Source: Candidatus Eiseniibacteriota bacterium (lineage in GTDB: Bacteria > Eisenbacteria > RBG-16-71-46). Taken from it: 64,000 bases of DNA. The translations under genes and the position numbers were made by a program. Below, piece by piece: positions 46,808 through 61,181 of this stretch. Under the pieces are notes generated by a model. The model was not told the DNA's origin, made no database searches, and worked only from the letters and a program-made list of their open reading frames with translations. The stretch spans positions 128,001-192,000 of the forward strand of contig CAVSAC010000012.1 in NCBI GenBank assembly GCA_963725865.1, written 5' to 3'. Numbering within the stretch: the stretch's first letter is position 1; every line of letters begins with the position of its first letter.

Positions 46808-47054
46808 GTGCAGCGGGGGCGCGGAGAGGAGACGGCCCTGGAGAAGTGGGCGGAATGAAGGTCTATCTGCCGGCTGGATGCCCTTCGTGCCGCTGTAGTC
46901 TTCGCGCCGATGCGAACCAGCGGGCGAGAGACAGTGGAGATTGGGCCCCCGGCACAGGGGGGGAATGGCCGTGGACGGGCATGAGGCAAGGGACTATGCT
47001 CCTGCGTGCGCGAGGGGATTCACATCCAGGTTCTGGGCTCCGGGAGGCCGTCCG

Positions 47055-49923
47055 ATGCCCACCTGTACGGCGCACACCGCTGGACCCTTCAAGGCTCATC
47101 CCATCACGTGGGCCCTGCTTGAGACGCTGCTGCTCGTCGCCCTGACGACGCCGGTCCACGCTTACCCGCTCTTCTCCGCGCCCTTCCTGTCATTTGACGC
47201 TGGCAACTGTCCCGCGTCGGTTGCGATCGCGGACCTCAATGAGGACGGGCGACTGGACCTGGCGGTGGCCGACGAATGCTCGGACACGGTCTCGGTGCTG
47301 CTTGGGAAGGGGGACGGCACGTTCGGGACAAGGACCGAGTTCGGAGCCGGGAGCGTGCCAGTCTCGGTCGCGATCGCTGACCTCAACGGGGACGGGCGTC
47401 CAGACCTGGTGGCAGCGAACCGCTTGTCGAATACGGTTTCCGTGCTGCTCGGGAATGGGGACGGCACATTTGCGGCGAAGACCGACTTCGGCGCCGGGCT
47501 CGGTCCCCTGTCGATGGCGATCGCGGATTGCAATGAGGACGGACAGCCGGACCTGGTAATGGTGAATAGCGGCAGCTCTCCAGAGTTTCGGGGCACGCTC
47601 TCGGTGCTACTCGGCAATGGGGACGGTACGTTCGGAGCCAGCACCGACTTCGCCCTCGCCGGCTTTGCCCCGCAAGTCGGTGGCGATCGCAGACCTCAAT
47701 GGGGACGTGCGTCCGGATCTGGTGGTGGCAGCTAATGCCGCCGATCCAGATGTCAGGGGCACGGTCTCGGTGCTGCTCGGGAATGGGAACGGCACGTTCG
47801 GGCCCGCTACCGACTTCGACACCGGGGAGGCCATTCCCTATTCGGTGGCGATCGCCGACCTCAACGCGGATGGCGCACCAGACCTCGCGGTGACGAACCA
47901 GAACATGTGGCCGCTCGACACCAGCGTCAGCAGGGTGTCGGTCTTCCTGGGCAACGGCGATGGCACGTTCGGGGGCAGGACCGACTTCGACATCGGAGGC
48001 AGTCCGTATTCGGTGGCGATCGCGGACCTCAATGGGGACGGGCGGCGGGATCTTGCGGTCACGCACGGGGACTCGAGTGCAGTATCGGTGCTGCTCGGGA
48101 ATGGGGACGGCACGTTTGGGGCGAAGACCGACTTCGGCGCCGGGGTCAATCCCGCCTCGGTCGGGATCGCGGATTTCAACGGGGACGGGCGTCCGGACCT
48201 GGCCGTAGCGAACCTGAACGTCCCAACCGTGACGGGCGCCGGCACGGTCTCGGTGCTGCTCGGCAACGGCGATGGCACCTTCGGGGCCACGACCGATTTC
48301 GGTGCCGGGATCAATCCCCTGTCGGTGGCGATCGCGGATCTGAGTGACGACGGACAGCCGGACCTGGCGTTGGCAAATGCCGGCGCCGGTCCATGGTTTG
48401 TGGGCACGGTCTCGGTGCTATTCGGGAACAAGGACGGCACGTTCGGATCCAATACCGACATCAGCATGGGATGGTACCTCGCCTCGATGGCGATCGCGGA
48501 CCTCAATACAGACGGGTGGCCGGATCTGGCGGTGGCGAACTACGTCGGCAACCCGTATTCGCCCGGCTGGGTATCGGTGCTCCTCGGAAACGGGGACGGA
48601 ACCTTCAGGTCCAATACCGATTTCGGCACCGGGGGAATGCCTGTTTCGCTGACGATCGCAGACCTCAACGGCGACGGGCGGCCAGACCTGGCGGTGGCGA
48701 ACGGCCCAGTCTTTCCAGAGTACCTGGGGATCGTCTCGGTGCTCCTCGGGAACGGGGACGGCACCTTCGGAGCCCCAACCGACGTCGGCAGCAGGTGCTG
48801 GCCATACTCGGTGGCGATCGCGGACCTCAACGGGGACGGGCGGCCAGACCTGGCGGTGCCGAGTGAAGAGCCGGGCACGGTCATCGTGCTGTTCGGGAAC
48901 GGGGACGGCACGTTCGGGCGAGAAACCTGGCTCGGCTTCGAGAATGGCGTTCCTCACTACGTGGCGATCGCCGACCTCAATATGGATGCGGTGCCGGACC
49001 TGGTTGCGGCGTGCCAGAGGGTCTGGCCACTCGGCTCTGGCGCGGTGTCGGTGTATCTGGGCAACGGCGCCGGCTCGTTCGGGGCGGTAGCCCGCTTCGA
49101 CACCGCAAACGACCCTACCTGCGTGTCGATCGCGGACCTCAACGTGGACGGTCGGCTGGATCTCGCAGTGTCGAACCGCGGCTCGAACACGGTCTCGGTG
49201 CTGCTCGGGAAAGGGGACGGCACCTTCGGGGCCAAGGCGGACTTCGGCGCAGGGAGCAGTCCCTCCTCGGTGGCGATCGCGGACCTCAACGCGGACAGTT
49301 GGCCGGACTTGGTGGTGGCGAATGCCGGTTCGAACTCGGTCACGGTCCTGCTCAACACCGGAGGCCATGATCCGACCCCGGTGGCCCTCGCGCTCGTGGA
49401 CGCCCACGCTCAACCCGGTCGCGTCGAGCTCACGTGGATGGGCGCTTCCCTCTCGGGCACCCGCGCGACCGTGTACCGACAGCGGGAGGGGGCCGCATGG
49501 ATGGCGGTTGCGAGTATTGCCGCGGACGGCACGGGCCGGTTCCGCTTCGAGGACGTGGACGTATTGTCGGGTGCGCGTTACGGCTACCGGCTCGGGATTC
49601 GCGCGGGCGGCTCGGAGGAGTTCGCGGGCGAGACGTGGATCACGGTGCCCGGCGACTGGATCCTCGCGCTCGCAGCACCAACGCCCAACCCCGCCACAAC
49701 CCGGCTCTCGATTGCGTTCACCTTGCCGGGGGCCGCTCTCACTCGCATCGACGTATTCGACGTCACCGGGCGGCGAGTGGGCTTCCGCGACGCAGGTCCG
49801 CTGCCGGCGGGTTCGCACGCCGTCGCGTTTACCGAGGCCGCGGGATGGCGCCCCGGCATCTACCTGGTCCGGCTCACGCACGGCCATCGCTCGCTCATCG
49901 CTCGCGCCGCCATCGTGCGCTGA
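47055..49923 (+). CDS. FG-GAP/VCBS repeat protein with T9SS/FlgD-like C-terminal domain, +1 frameshift near 47672
   Basis: Signal peptide, 14 copies of SVAIADLNxDGxxDL..VSVLLGNGDGTF and C-terminal PNP..FDVTGRRV..GIYLVRL. Confidence 0.9.
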
Positions 49924-50073
49924 TCGCGGATCCACGCGGTCGCCTCTGGCCCGCCGCACCCCGCCCCCCATTCCCACGTAATCCCCGCCCTCGCCTCTGC
50001 CGATCCATTCCCGGTGGCCCGGGCCACTGCCAGGTGGGCGCCGGCGCGACGGGCCGCGATCGGGAGCGCGATC

Positions 50074-51355
50074 ATGTTCATCGAGCAGAGCCGGGCAGGG
50101 ACAGGAAGTGCGGCTGCGTCCGCACGGCGCCGGGCGGTTCGTCTCGGCCGCGTTCTTGAGCGTGTGGCTGTGCGGCTGGGCGATCGGTGAAGCGATCGTC
50201 GGCTGGATCGTGGGCAAGGGCATCCACGCGCTGATGACCGGTGAGCCGCTGAGTCGCGACGGCTCCACGCCGGCCGCCGGCGTGCTGCTGATCGCCGGCG
50301 CATTCGTCGCGACGTGGCTCGTGTTCTGGACCATCGGCGGCGTGATGGCGATGCGCGAGTGGTGCCGCCTGCTGATGGGCGAGGATCGCCTGCTCGCCGG
50401 CCCCGACGGGCTCACGGTCGAGCATCGCTACGGTCCGTTCCGCAGCCGGCAGACGTTCGCTCGCGATGCCATCCGCCACCTCGATCGCGCACTCGCGCCC
50501 CGGCCGCCTGCAGATCGAGACCACCACCGCCATGCGCGAGCTCTCGACGCTCGGCACCCACGCGTGAGCACGTGCAGGCGGCGCAGGCGCTCGAGCGCGA
50601 GCTGAACCTGGACGCCAGCGACAGCGCCACGGCCGGCCGCGAGCTGCCGCCGGGATGGCAGGAGGCGCTGACGCCCGAGGGCGAGCGCGTGCTCATCCAG
50701 GTCCGGCGCTGCGCGCGACGCGCGCCCGCGGCGCGGCGGTCGCGGCGATGGTCACCGGCGCCGCGGCGCTGGGACTGGTGTCGGTCGCTCTGCGCCAGCC
50801 GCCGCTGTTCGCGCTCGTGGCGTTTCTCGCCATTCTCACCGCCGTTCTATCGCGATCGCGCTCTGGCTGAGCCGCGGACGCATGGAGTGGAAGTTCGGCA
50901 GTCGGCCAGCTCGTCCTGCGCCGGCGTTGGGGCGCGCAGGTCACCGAGGTCTTCACCGCGCGCTCGCTCGAGCTCAACACGCACTCGGACTCCGACAGCG
51001 GCCCGTGGTGGGTGCTCGAGGCGCTCGCCGATCCGCCCGCCGCCCCGAGCGGCCCGATTCGGATCACGGTGCGCATCGCTAAGTCACTGCCGGCGCATCG
51101 AGGCGAGCATGGCCGGCCCCACGGTGCCGCGTCAGCTCGGCGCCTGGCTCGCGCAGCGCACCGAGCTGCCGCTGGTCGACCAGACCACCGACAAGGCACG
51201 GTCCGCCGCACTCGCCGACGTGCTCGCGTGCGCTCGCCAAGTCAGGCCCGGTCGGCCGCGTGGTCGGGCGCCTGATCAGCTCCCGCGTCGACCTCGACTC
51301 GCTCCCGGCCGACGTGCTCGAGAAACTCCGCGAGAAGGACCGCAAAGCGTCCTGA
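50074..51355 (+). pseudogene. Hypothetical membrane protein broken by many frameshifts (possibly artefactual)
   Basis: TM segments (FLSVWLCGWAIGE, WLVFWTIGG) and soluble segments switch frame repeatedly. Ends LEKLREKDRKAS. Confidence 0.5.
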
Positions 51356-51380
51356 GGCTGGGCGGCGGCAGGCCTGCTCG

Positions 51381-52822
51381 TCAGACCTGAGCGCTCGGCA
51401 TGTACGGAACCTTGCGCGCGCTCGCGGGAGCCAGGCGCGAGATCGCCGCGCGCAGCCGTCGCTCGAGCGGGGCGTCGAGCAGCTCGTCGCCCAGCGTCGC
51501 CGCGCGCCGCGCCTCGTCAGCCCGGAAGCCGAGCTGCCGGAGCCACGGCATCACCTCGTCGACGCTCGCCTGCCGGGCCGCTTCGCGCTCGCGCGAGGGC
51601 GCCTCCTCGCGCTCCGGAGCCTGCGCAGACTCCGGTGCCTGTGCCGCGGCAGCTTGGCGCTCCTGCTTCGCATCGCGAGCGGCTTCCGAGCGACGCCGCG
51701 CTTCGTCGCGCTTCTGTCGTATGAACTCGGCACCATACGCACGCTCGGCCGCCAGCTGGTTGTGCGCCCGACAGCGCAGCCGCAGGCCGCTCGGTGTCGC
51801 CTGGCCGCCGCGGGCGAACGGCTGGGTGTGATCGAATTCCAAGCGTGAACGCGCCCCGCAGCGATGGCCTTTGTCGCTCGCGAACGTGCACCGGCCGCCG
51901 TCGCGCTGCCAGACCATGCGACGGATCTCTGCCGGCATGTACCGCGAGTCGTTGGTACCGGGCCGCCGGCTCGCTGGCCGCGAGCGCTCGGTGCGCGCGA
52001 AGCGCCGCTGCTCGAGCTTCGCGATCAGCGCATCGAGCGCGCGGTCCAGCACCTGCGCGAGATCACCGGAAGGCACGGCGTGTCCGAGCAGCTCTTGCGC
52101 GTAGCGCAGCTTGTCGTGCGTTACCTGCGCGATCGTGACCTGCAGCGCAACGCGACCAGGCGAGAGCGGCGTGAGCTTCGGGCGCGGGTCCGGAACCGGC
52201 GCATGCCATGGGGCGTGCTGAGCCGCGGACACTGGGATGGGCGCCGGTGGGGCTGACTGACTCTGCGCATCAATTGTCGCCAGCGCCAGCGCGCCGCACC
52301 CGCGCCTTCTGGCTCGGGCGAATGTCCAGAAACGGTGAGAATCACACGCCCCGGGGCGTGTTGTTCTCCACTTTCACAAGCCGCGAGCGGCCGCGACCAG
52401 CGTCGGCAGGTCGGGTCGCGGGAAGCGCTCGGCGAGCAGTCGCTCGATCTCCGCCTTGGACTCGCTCGCCGCGGTGGCCAGTAGCTCGTCGGCATTCTCC
52501 GGCGTGAGCTGCGGCGCCAGCAGGATCACGGTGCTCAGATGCAGCCGGCCGTCGGCGAGCATCGGGAAGACGAGCGGGAAGCGCCGCGCGACGCGGGCAG
52601 CATGGATGCGCTTGAACGCTGCTTCTTCCGACAGCTTCAGCTCGCCCGACGCACCACGCGTACATCGACGGATACCCCGCCGGCAGATACAGCCTGCGAG
52701 CATCGACCTCCGCCAGATGCGCCAGCATCGCGGCGGTGGTGACACGGTCCTGGGCGACCAGCGCGGCCAGGTCCTGCAGCAATGCCTGATCGGACAGATG
52801 CGACAGGGAGTACGACCTTCAT
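51381..52822 (-). mobile_element. DUF222/13E12-like HNH endonuclease gene, frameshifted
   Basis: LSD..LL..L..LV, HLAEVDARRLY, RI.AAR, VWQRDGGRC..C..LEFDH..P.ARGG..LRCRAHN and a RuvA-C-like tail LRQLGF. At least three frame changes. Confidence 0.75.
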
Positions 52823-53198
52823 GACGAGACTCCGCAGCGGGGGCAGAGTCGCGGGGGCGCTCTCTACTTCTTAGCATGCGCATTCGTCACGCCCGTGCTT
52901 GCCGCAGAGCGGAGCAACGCACACCGCACGAACGACGAGCGTCTCGCAGCGCCGCGAGGTCCTCTCGCCCGCACCAGCGCGCGTACAGGCGCAAATGCTG
53001 CGAATCGCCATCGGGGATCGCACACGCCAGGGCTCATGAAGCGCTGTCAAGCGGAATCGCGCGTGCAGACCGAGCACATTGGAGACAGCATCGCCCGGAC
53101 ACATGGGCATCAGCCTCAGCGATGCGCTCAGGCGCTAGATCGGACCGGCTACATCGAGCGACAACGCGGCGGGCATCACTCGCGATCGGCTCCGCTCG

Positions 53199-56039
53199 TC
53201 AGGTCACCGCCCCCAGATACCGGTCCAGCCACGCGAGCGACTCCCGGATCAGATCGGTCTTCGGAACCGTGTGGCCGCGCGGGTAGACGAGCCGAGTCTT
53301 GTGATCGGGCGGGGTGCCCAGCATCTCGAACATCGGCCGCTGCGAGGTCTCGGCGGGGAAGAAGAAGTCCAGCTCGCCGTTGAGCATCAGCGTGGGCTGG
53401 GTCACGCGGGTCACGTAGTGGATCTGATCCGCCTCCGGCATCGCGTGCTGGAACGTGAAGCCGGCGACGTAGAGCACGTTCACCTGGATGCGTTTCTCGA
53501 CGGCGGGCAGGATCGCGCCGAGGGCGCCGCCCCAGCTCGTGCCGAAGTAGGCGAGCTTGCGCGCGTCGAGATCCTCGCGCGTCTCGATGTAGTCGATCGA
53601 CCGGGCGAGATCCTTGCCCCACATGACCACGTGGTCCTTGTAGAGCGTGCTCGAGTCCGGCAGGTCGGACTTGAAGTCGTCGCCGCGTTCGTAGGTGCCC
53701 TTGTAGATCGGCAGCAGCAGAGCGCGCCCGCTCTTGACGATGAAGTCGATGCGACGGATCTCCGACAGGTTGAAGGTCCGGGTGTTGATCGCCAGCGAGC
53801 CGGGGAACAGCACGACCGTCTGGTACGGCGGCGTGCCGCGCGCGGGCAGGAACAGGTGCGCCTGCATGCGCTCGCCGCCGTACGCGGCGGCGAACTGGAT
53901 CGTCTGCCAGCGCCCGGTGGGTACTGTCTGATCGGCGATCACGACCGCCTCGAGCGGCCCCTTGTCGTAGTGGAACTGGCGCAGGAAGTAGGCGAACACC
54001 TCGTCGGGGACCGGCTGTTCGGCGCGAAAGTCGCGGAATGGGACCTCGATCGTCCGCCCGAGGTTCGCGAGGTTGGGCTCTGGTTCGCGCGGCCGGATGC
54101 AGCGGAAGCCATTCGACGGCGATCGGTCGAATGCCGGCTGGGCGTAGGCGTCGACGAACGCGTACCCAGGATCATTCCAGCCGCCGCCGAGAATGAACCG
54201 CTGGTCCAGACGGTTGACCGCGTTGACGACCCACTCGCGCACGTTGCCGGCCAGGTCGCGCACGCCGAAGCGATTCTCGCTCCTGGTCTGCCCGACGGGC
54301 ACCGTGCGGCTGCCCGAGAGATTCGCGAGCGGCGCGATCTGCGAGCAGACGAACGTGAACGCGACGCGGTTCCAGTGGAAGATCGTGGGCAGCGTCTTGC
54401 CGGCCCACCGCGCGTACGCCGCGGCCTCGTACCAGCTCACGCCCGTGACGGGGTGATCGTCCTCGCCCGCCGGGTAATCGCCCATCTCCCAGGACGCAGG
54501 GCCCGGGTGGCCGACCGCATCGGTGAAGCGCGCGATCGCCTCCTCCCACGACAGCACGCGGCCCGCCTCGCCGAACGGCTCGCGCCAGAACTCGGCTCGT
54601 CGGTAGCCGCCGTCATCGACGAAGCGCTTGTACTCGCGGTTGGTCACCGGGTGCCGGTCCATCAGGAACGCAGCGGTCGGCTCGGTTGCGAGATGGTCGA
54701 GCCCCGGCATGAACAGCGGGAAGCCGCCGCGCGGCACCTCCACCATCTCGTCGGGCAGCTCGCCGGGCGCGCGCAGCGTGTACTGCCACACGCCTGCGTC
54801 GGGATCGGTCGCGTTGGTAAGCGTCTTGCCCAGGTTCCAGATCACGTCGTGCACCGATCGATGGCCGGGCAGCTCGAGGCGCAGCCGGGTGAGCCCGCGC
54901 GGGTATGGGATGCCCTCGAGCGGGGTGCGGCCGAGCGGCATCCACTCGCCATCGGGATCGCCGTAGAAGCACGCACTCGCGGTGGCGCCGGGCGGCTCGG
55001 TGCGGATCGAGACGGCGTGCGAGAAGTCGGGCCGCAGGCGCTCGAGCATCGGATCGCCGGGGGCGAGCTTCTCGATCTCGCGCGCGAGCTGGAACGCGGT
55101 CCACGAATCGGCGCCTTCCTCGAGGACCAGGATGCGATCGCAGATCTGCGCCAGCTCGGGCAGCCCGGTCTCGTGCGGCCAGCGCGCGAGGCGCGCCAGT
55201 TCGTCCCCCAGCTCGGCGCCGCTCGCGTAGCGCTGGCCGGGGTCCTTCTCGAGGCAGCGCGCGACGATCCGATCGAGCGCGTGCGGCATGGCCGGATTCA
55301 GGCTCGAGACGGCCGGAGGCCGGTCGCGCAGCACCGCGCCGAGCGCGCCGGCGCCGGCGGCGCTCGCGAACGGGTGCCGGCCGGTCGCCATCTCGTGGAG
55401 CACGCAGCCCAGCGCGAACACGTCGCTGCGCGCATCGGCGTCGCGGCCCTCGAGCTGCTCGGGCGCCATGTACGCGAACGTGCCGACCAGCGCGCCTTCG
55501 GCGGTCATCGCCTGATGCACGGTCGGCGACTGGCTGGCCGAGGCGTCGGGAACGACCGGTGCGACGGGGCTCGCGAGCCCGAAGTCGAGCAGCTTCACGC
55601 CCGAGGTCGTCACCATCAGGTTCGAGGGCTTGAGGTCGCGATGCACGAGACCCGCGCGGTGCGCATCGGCGAGCGCGGCGCTGATCTGCTTCGCGAACTG
55701 GAGCAGACGATCGATCGGCAGGGGGCCGCGCCGGAGCGCGGTCGCCAGCGTCTCGCCCTCGATCAGCTCCATGACGAGGTAGTCGAGCCCCCCGTCGCTC
55801 CCGACGTCGTGGAGCGTGCAGATGTGCGGATGGGTGAGCTGCGAGAGGATGCGCGCCTCGCGCTCGAGTCGGGCGCGCAGCTCGGGGGTGGACGCGAGGC
55901 GCTGGGGCAGCACCTTGATCGCCACCTCGCGGCCGAGGCGCGGGTCGCGCGCCCGGTACACCTCGCCCATGCCGCCCGCGCCGAGCGGCGCGACGATCTC
56001 GTAGGGGCCGAGCTTCCGACCGGGCGTGAGCTGCGTCAT
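53199..56039 (-). CDS. Ser/Thr kinase fused to FGE-sulfatase-like and alpha/beta-hydrolase domains
   Basis: Kinase motifs, then VTNREY..F, PVTGVSWYEAAAY, DLAGNVREW and GFRC, then GTSWGG, NGELD and GH. Confidence 0.9.
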   Translation of the reverse strand: MTQLTPGRKLGPYEIVAPLGAGGMGEVYRARDPRLGREVAIKVLPQRLASTPELRARLEREARILSQLTHPHICTLHDVGSDGGLDYLVMELIEGETLATALRRGPLPIDRLLQFAKQISAALADAHRAGLVHRDLKPSNLMVTTSGVKLLDFGLASPVAPVVPDASASQSPTVHQAMTAEGALVGTFAYMAPEQLEGRDADARSDVFALGCVLHEMATGRHPFASAAGAGALGAVLRDRPPAVSSLNPAMPHALDRIVARCLEKDPGQRYASGAELGDELARLARWPHETGLPELAQICDRILVLEEGADSWTAFQLAREIEKLAPGDPMLERLRPDFSHAVSIRTEPPGATASACFYGDPDGEWMPLGRTPLEGIPYPRGLTRLRLELPGHRSVHDVIWNLGKTLTNATDPDAGVWQYTLRAPGELPDEMVEVPRGGFPLFMPGLDHLATEPTAAFLMDRHPVTNREYKRFVDDGGYRRAEFWREPFGEAGRVLSWEEAIARFTDAVGHPGPASWEMGDYPAGEDDHPVTGVSWYEAAAYARWAGKTLPTIFHWNRVAFTFVCSQIAPLANLSGSRTVPVGQTRSENRFGVRDLAGNVREWVVNAVNRLDQRFILGGGWNDPGYAFVDAYAQPAFDRSPSNGFRCIRPREPEPNLANLGRTIEVPFRDFRAEQPVPDEVFAYFLRQFHYDKGPLEAVVIADQTVPTGRWQTIQFAAAYGGERMQAHLFLPARGTPPYQTVVLFPGSLAINTRTFNLSEIRRIDFIVKSGRALLLPIYKGTYERGDDFKSDLPDSSTLYKDHVVMWGKDLARSIDYIETREDLDARKLAYFGTSWGGALGAILPAVEKRIQVNVLYVAGFTFQHAMPEADQIHYVTRVTQPTLMLNGELDFFFPAETSQRPMFEMLGTPPDHKTRLVYPRGHTVPKTDLIRESLAWLDRYLGAVT

Positions 56040-56058
56040 GGCGGTCGGGCGCGCCGGG

Positions 56059-58325
<2,267 letters not shown>

Positions 58326-58329
<4 letters not shown>

Positions 58330-61037
58330 CGCCGGTTCACCAGCGCGCCGAAGTCGGTCACCACCTCGATGCCGCCCCGCGTCGACGCCTTCGGCGGCAC
58401 CAGCACGAAGAAGCGCTTGCCGTCCGCGCTGCACGTCCACGTGCGCGCGGAGGGACCCAGCGCGGCGACCGGGAGCGTGAAGAGGGGCTGGGGCGTGCCG
58501 GCGTGGAACGAGCCCTGGGTGTCGATCGACACCGCCATCACGCGGCCTTCGGATTCGTACACCAGCTCCTTGCCGGACTGCGTCCACACCGGGCCGAACC
58601 CGCTCAAGGTGGAGATCTGCCAGCGGCCCTGCTCGTCCCCGACACTCTGCACGTACACCTGCGGCTTCTGCGTGTTGTCGGTGGTGGCGTAGGCCAGCCA
58701 GCGTCCGTCGGGTGAGAGCATGGCGTGCGCCACGTGCTGCGACAGCCCCCCGATCGGCCGCGGCGCGCGGTTCGCGCTGTCCGGGCTGAGCGTGAACAGA
58801 CCTTCCATGGATCCGGGACCGTAGAGCAATCGCGAGCCGATCGCCGTCCACTGCCAGAGCGCACCCTCGGCGGCGTTCGCGACCGCGAGGGTGTCGACGC
58901 GACCCAGCCCGTCGGCGGAACCGACCAGGATCTGGGTCGGCGCGCCCGTGCGGCTGACCACGCACGCGAAGCGCCGTCCGTCGGGGGACCACACGGGCGT
59001 GGTCGCCGATCCGGTGGTGAACGTGAGCTTCGATTCCGTTCCCCGCTCCAGGTCCCGCACCCAGATCTCGCTCGCCTTGCCCTGGCCCTGGCCCGTCACT
59101 TCGTAGAGCAGCCGGCGGCCGTCCGGGGCGAGCACCGGATTCAGGCAGTCGCTCGCCGTCAGCGTTCCGCCGACGAGCCGGCCGCTGCGGTCGGCCTCCT
59201 GCACCATGTTCGCGATGCCCTCGTCGCCGCGGGCGTACGCCAGGATGCCGCTGGGGGAGAGCGAGAAGTGCCCGGCGGAACTCCCGACCCGCACGGCCTC
59301 GGCGACCGTGATCGGCTGGCCGGTGAGCTTGCCCGCGCCCAGGTCGAGCTTCTGGGCGAGCAGCGTGGTGCCGCGCAGGAACACCACCCAGCCGCCCGGC
59401 GCGTACTCCACCCGGCCATCGGAGGTGCCGAGCAGCTTCGAGTCGAGCGAGCCCAGCCGTCCCAGCCGGATGTTTCCGCCCGCGCCGACGTTCCCGAGCA
59501 TGCCGAGGAACAGGAAGTGCTCGCCGTCGGGCAGGAAGCTCGGCCACGCGCTGCCGACCTCGTGCGCCGAGCGATCGATCCGCGTGGCCGGCCGCAGCTC
59601 GCCGCCGCGCGCGGGCACCACGAGCAGCGAATCGGTGAAGCGGCCGTCCATCAGGATCATGCCCTTCGAGCCCCAGCTGAGATCGGCGCCCCGGTTCGCG
59701 GCGCACACCACGACGGGCGTGCCCCCCGCGATCGACACGCGCTGGATCTTGTTGTCGGCGACGAACGCGATCTCGCGGCTGTCGGGCGACCAATAGGCGC
59801 GCTGGAGCCGCTCGGCGCCCGCGATCGGGTGGGCCTCCGTCTGGTCGAGCGGTCGCAGCCACGCGCGGACCACCCCGCTGGAGTCCTGCGAGTCGAACAC
59901 GAGATAGCGGCCGTCCGGCGAGACCCGCGGCCAGTAGAAATCCACCACGCCGGCCACCGACTCCGTGCGGAAGCGGTAGCCCGGGCGGGGCGCGCTCGCC
60001 CGCGGCCACAGCCACAGGAACGCGCCGGCCGCCGCCAGCAGCGCGAGCGCCGCGACGCCCCACGCGAGGCGCGCGCGCGACGGCTTCGCGAGCACCGGCA
60101 CGGCGACCGGCGGCACCGGCACGCCGACGCTCGAGACGCCGGCGCCCTCGGCGATCCATTGCAGCTGCAACTTCACGTCGTGCGCGGTCTGCAGGCGCTC
60201 GTCGGGGTCCTTGGCGAGACAGGCGCGGATCAACCGGTCGAGCCCCTGCGGCGGCCCGATCGAGGGCGGCGCGCCGGACGGTGGCTCGCCCACCGGCGCG
60301 GGCTCGCGCTCGAGGATCGCGGCGATCAGCGACGCCTGGCTGCGACCCTCGAACGCGCGCCGGCCGGTCGCCATCTCGTACAGCACGCAGCCGAGCGCCC
60401 ACAGGTCGCTGCGGGCATCGGCTTCCTTGCCCTCGAGCTGCTCGGGCGACATGTACTGGAACGTGCCGACAAGCGTGCCCTCGGCCGTGAGCGCGTGCGC
60501 CGCCGTCGGCGACTGCGTGAGTGCCGCGACCGTGGCGCCGCTGCCGCCCGCGGTCCCGGCCATGCCGGTGGCGCGCGCGAGCCCGAAGTCCATGAGCTTC
60601 GCGTTGCCGCGCGTGATCATGACGTTCCCGGGCTTGAGGTCCCGGTGGACGATGCCCGCGCGGTGCGCGCGATCGAGCGCGTCGGCGATCTGCGCGCCGA
60701 GGCGCAGCATCTCGGCGACCGGCAGCGGGCCCTTCTTGAGCCGCTCGGCCAGCGTCTCGCCCTCGATCAGCTCCATCACCAGGTAACCGGTCTCGCCCTC
60801 GGAACCCACGTCGAACAGCGTGCAGATGTTCGGGTGGTTCAGCCCCGAGACGGTCTTGGCCTCGCGCTCGAAGCGCGACCGTACCTCGGGGTTCGCCGAC
60901 AGGTGCTGGGGCAGCACCTTGATGGCCACGTCGCGAGCGAGCCGCGGGTCGCGGGCGCGGTACACCTCGCCCATGCCACCTGCTCCGAGCGGGGCGATAA
61001 TCTCGTACGGACCAAGTCGGGTGCCGGGGTCGAGCAT
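58326..61037 (-). CDS. Membrane Ser/Thr kinase with PD40/TolB-like beta-propeller
   Basis: HRDLKPGN, DFG, GTFQYMSPE, one TM (LAWGVAALALLAAAGAFLWLW) and repeated SPDG motifs. Confidence 0.92.
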
Positions 61038-61181
61038 GCTCGTGAACCTCGTGGGGGAGGGGTGGGACGGCCGCGCGCACGTTAGCAGCCGAGGCAGCGG
61101 GACTGCACCAGGAATCGCGTCGCCAACGGCGTCGCGACGCGCGCCGCGTCCGCGTGCGCCGGTCGACATCGCCCCTCGCCG

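Noticed and set aside
47200..49350. CRISPR array or diversity-generating retroelement in the repeated DNA
   Set aside because: The repeats are degenerate in-frame FG-GAP coding units. No cas genes, reverse transcriptase or adenine-specific TR/VR pair was seen, including for the FGE domain at about 54100-54750.
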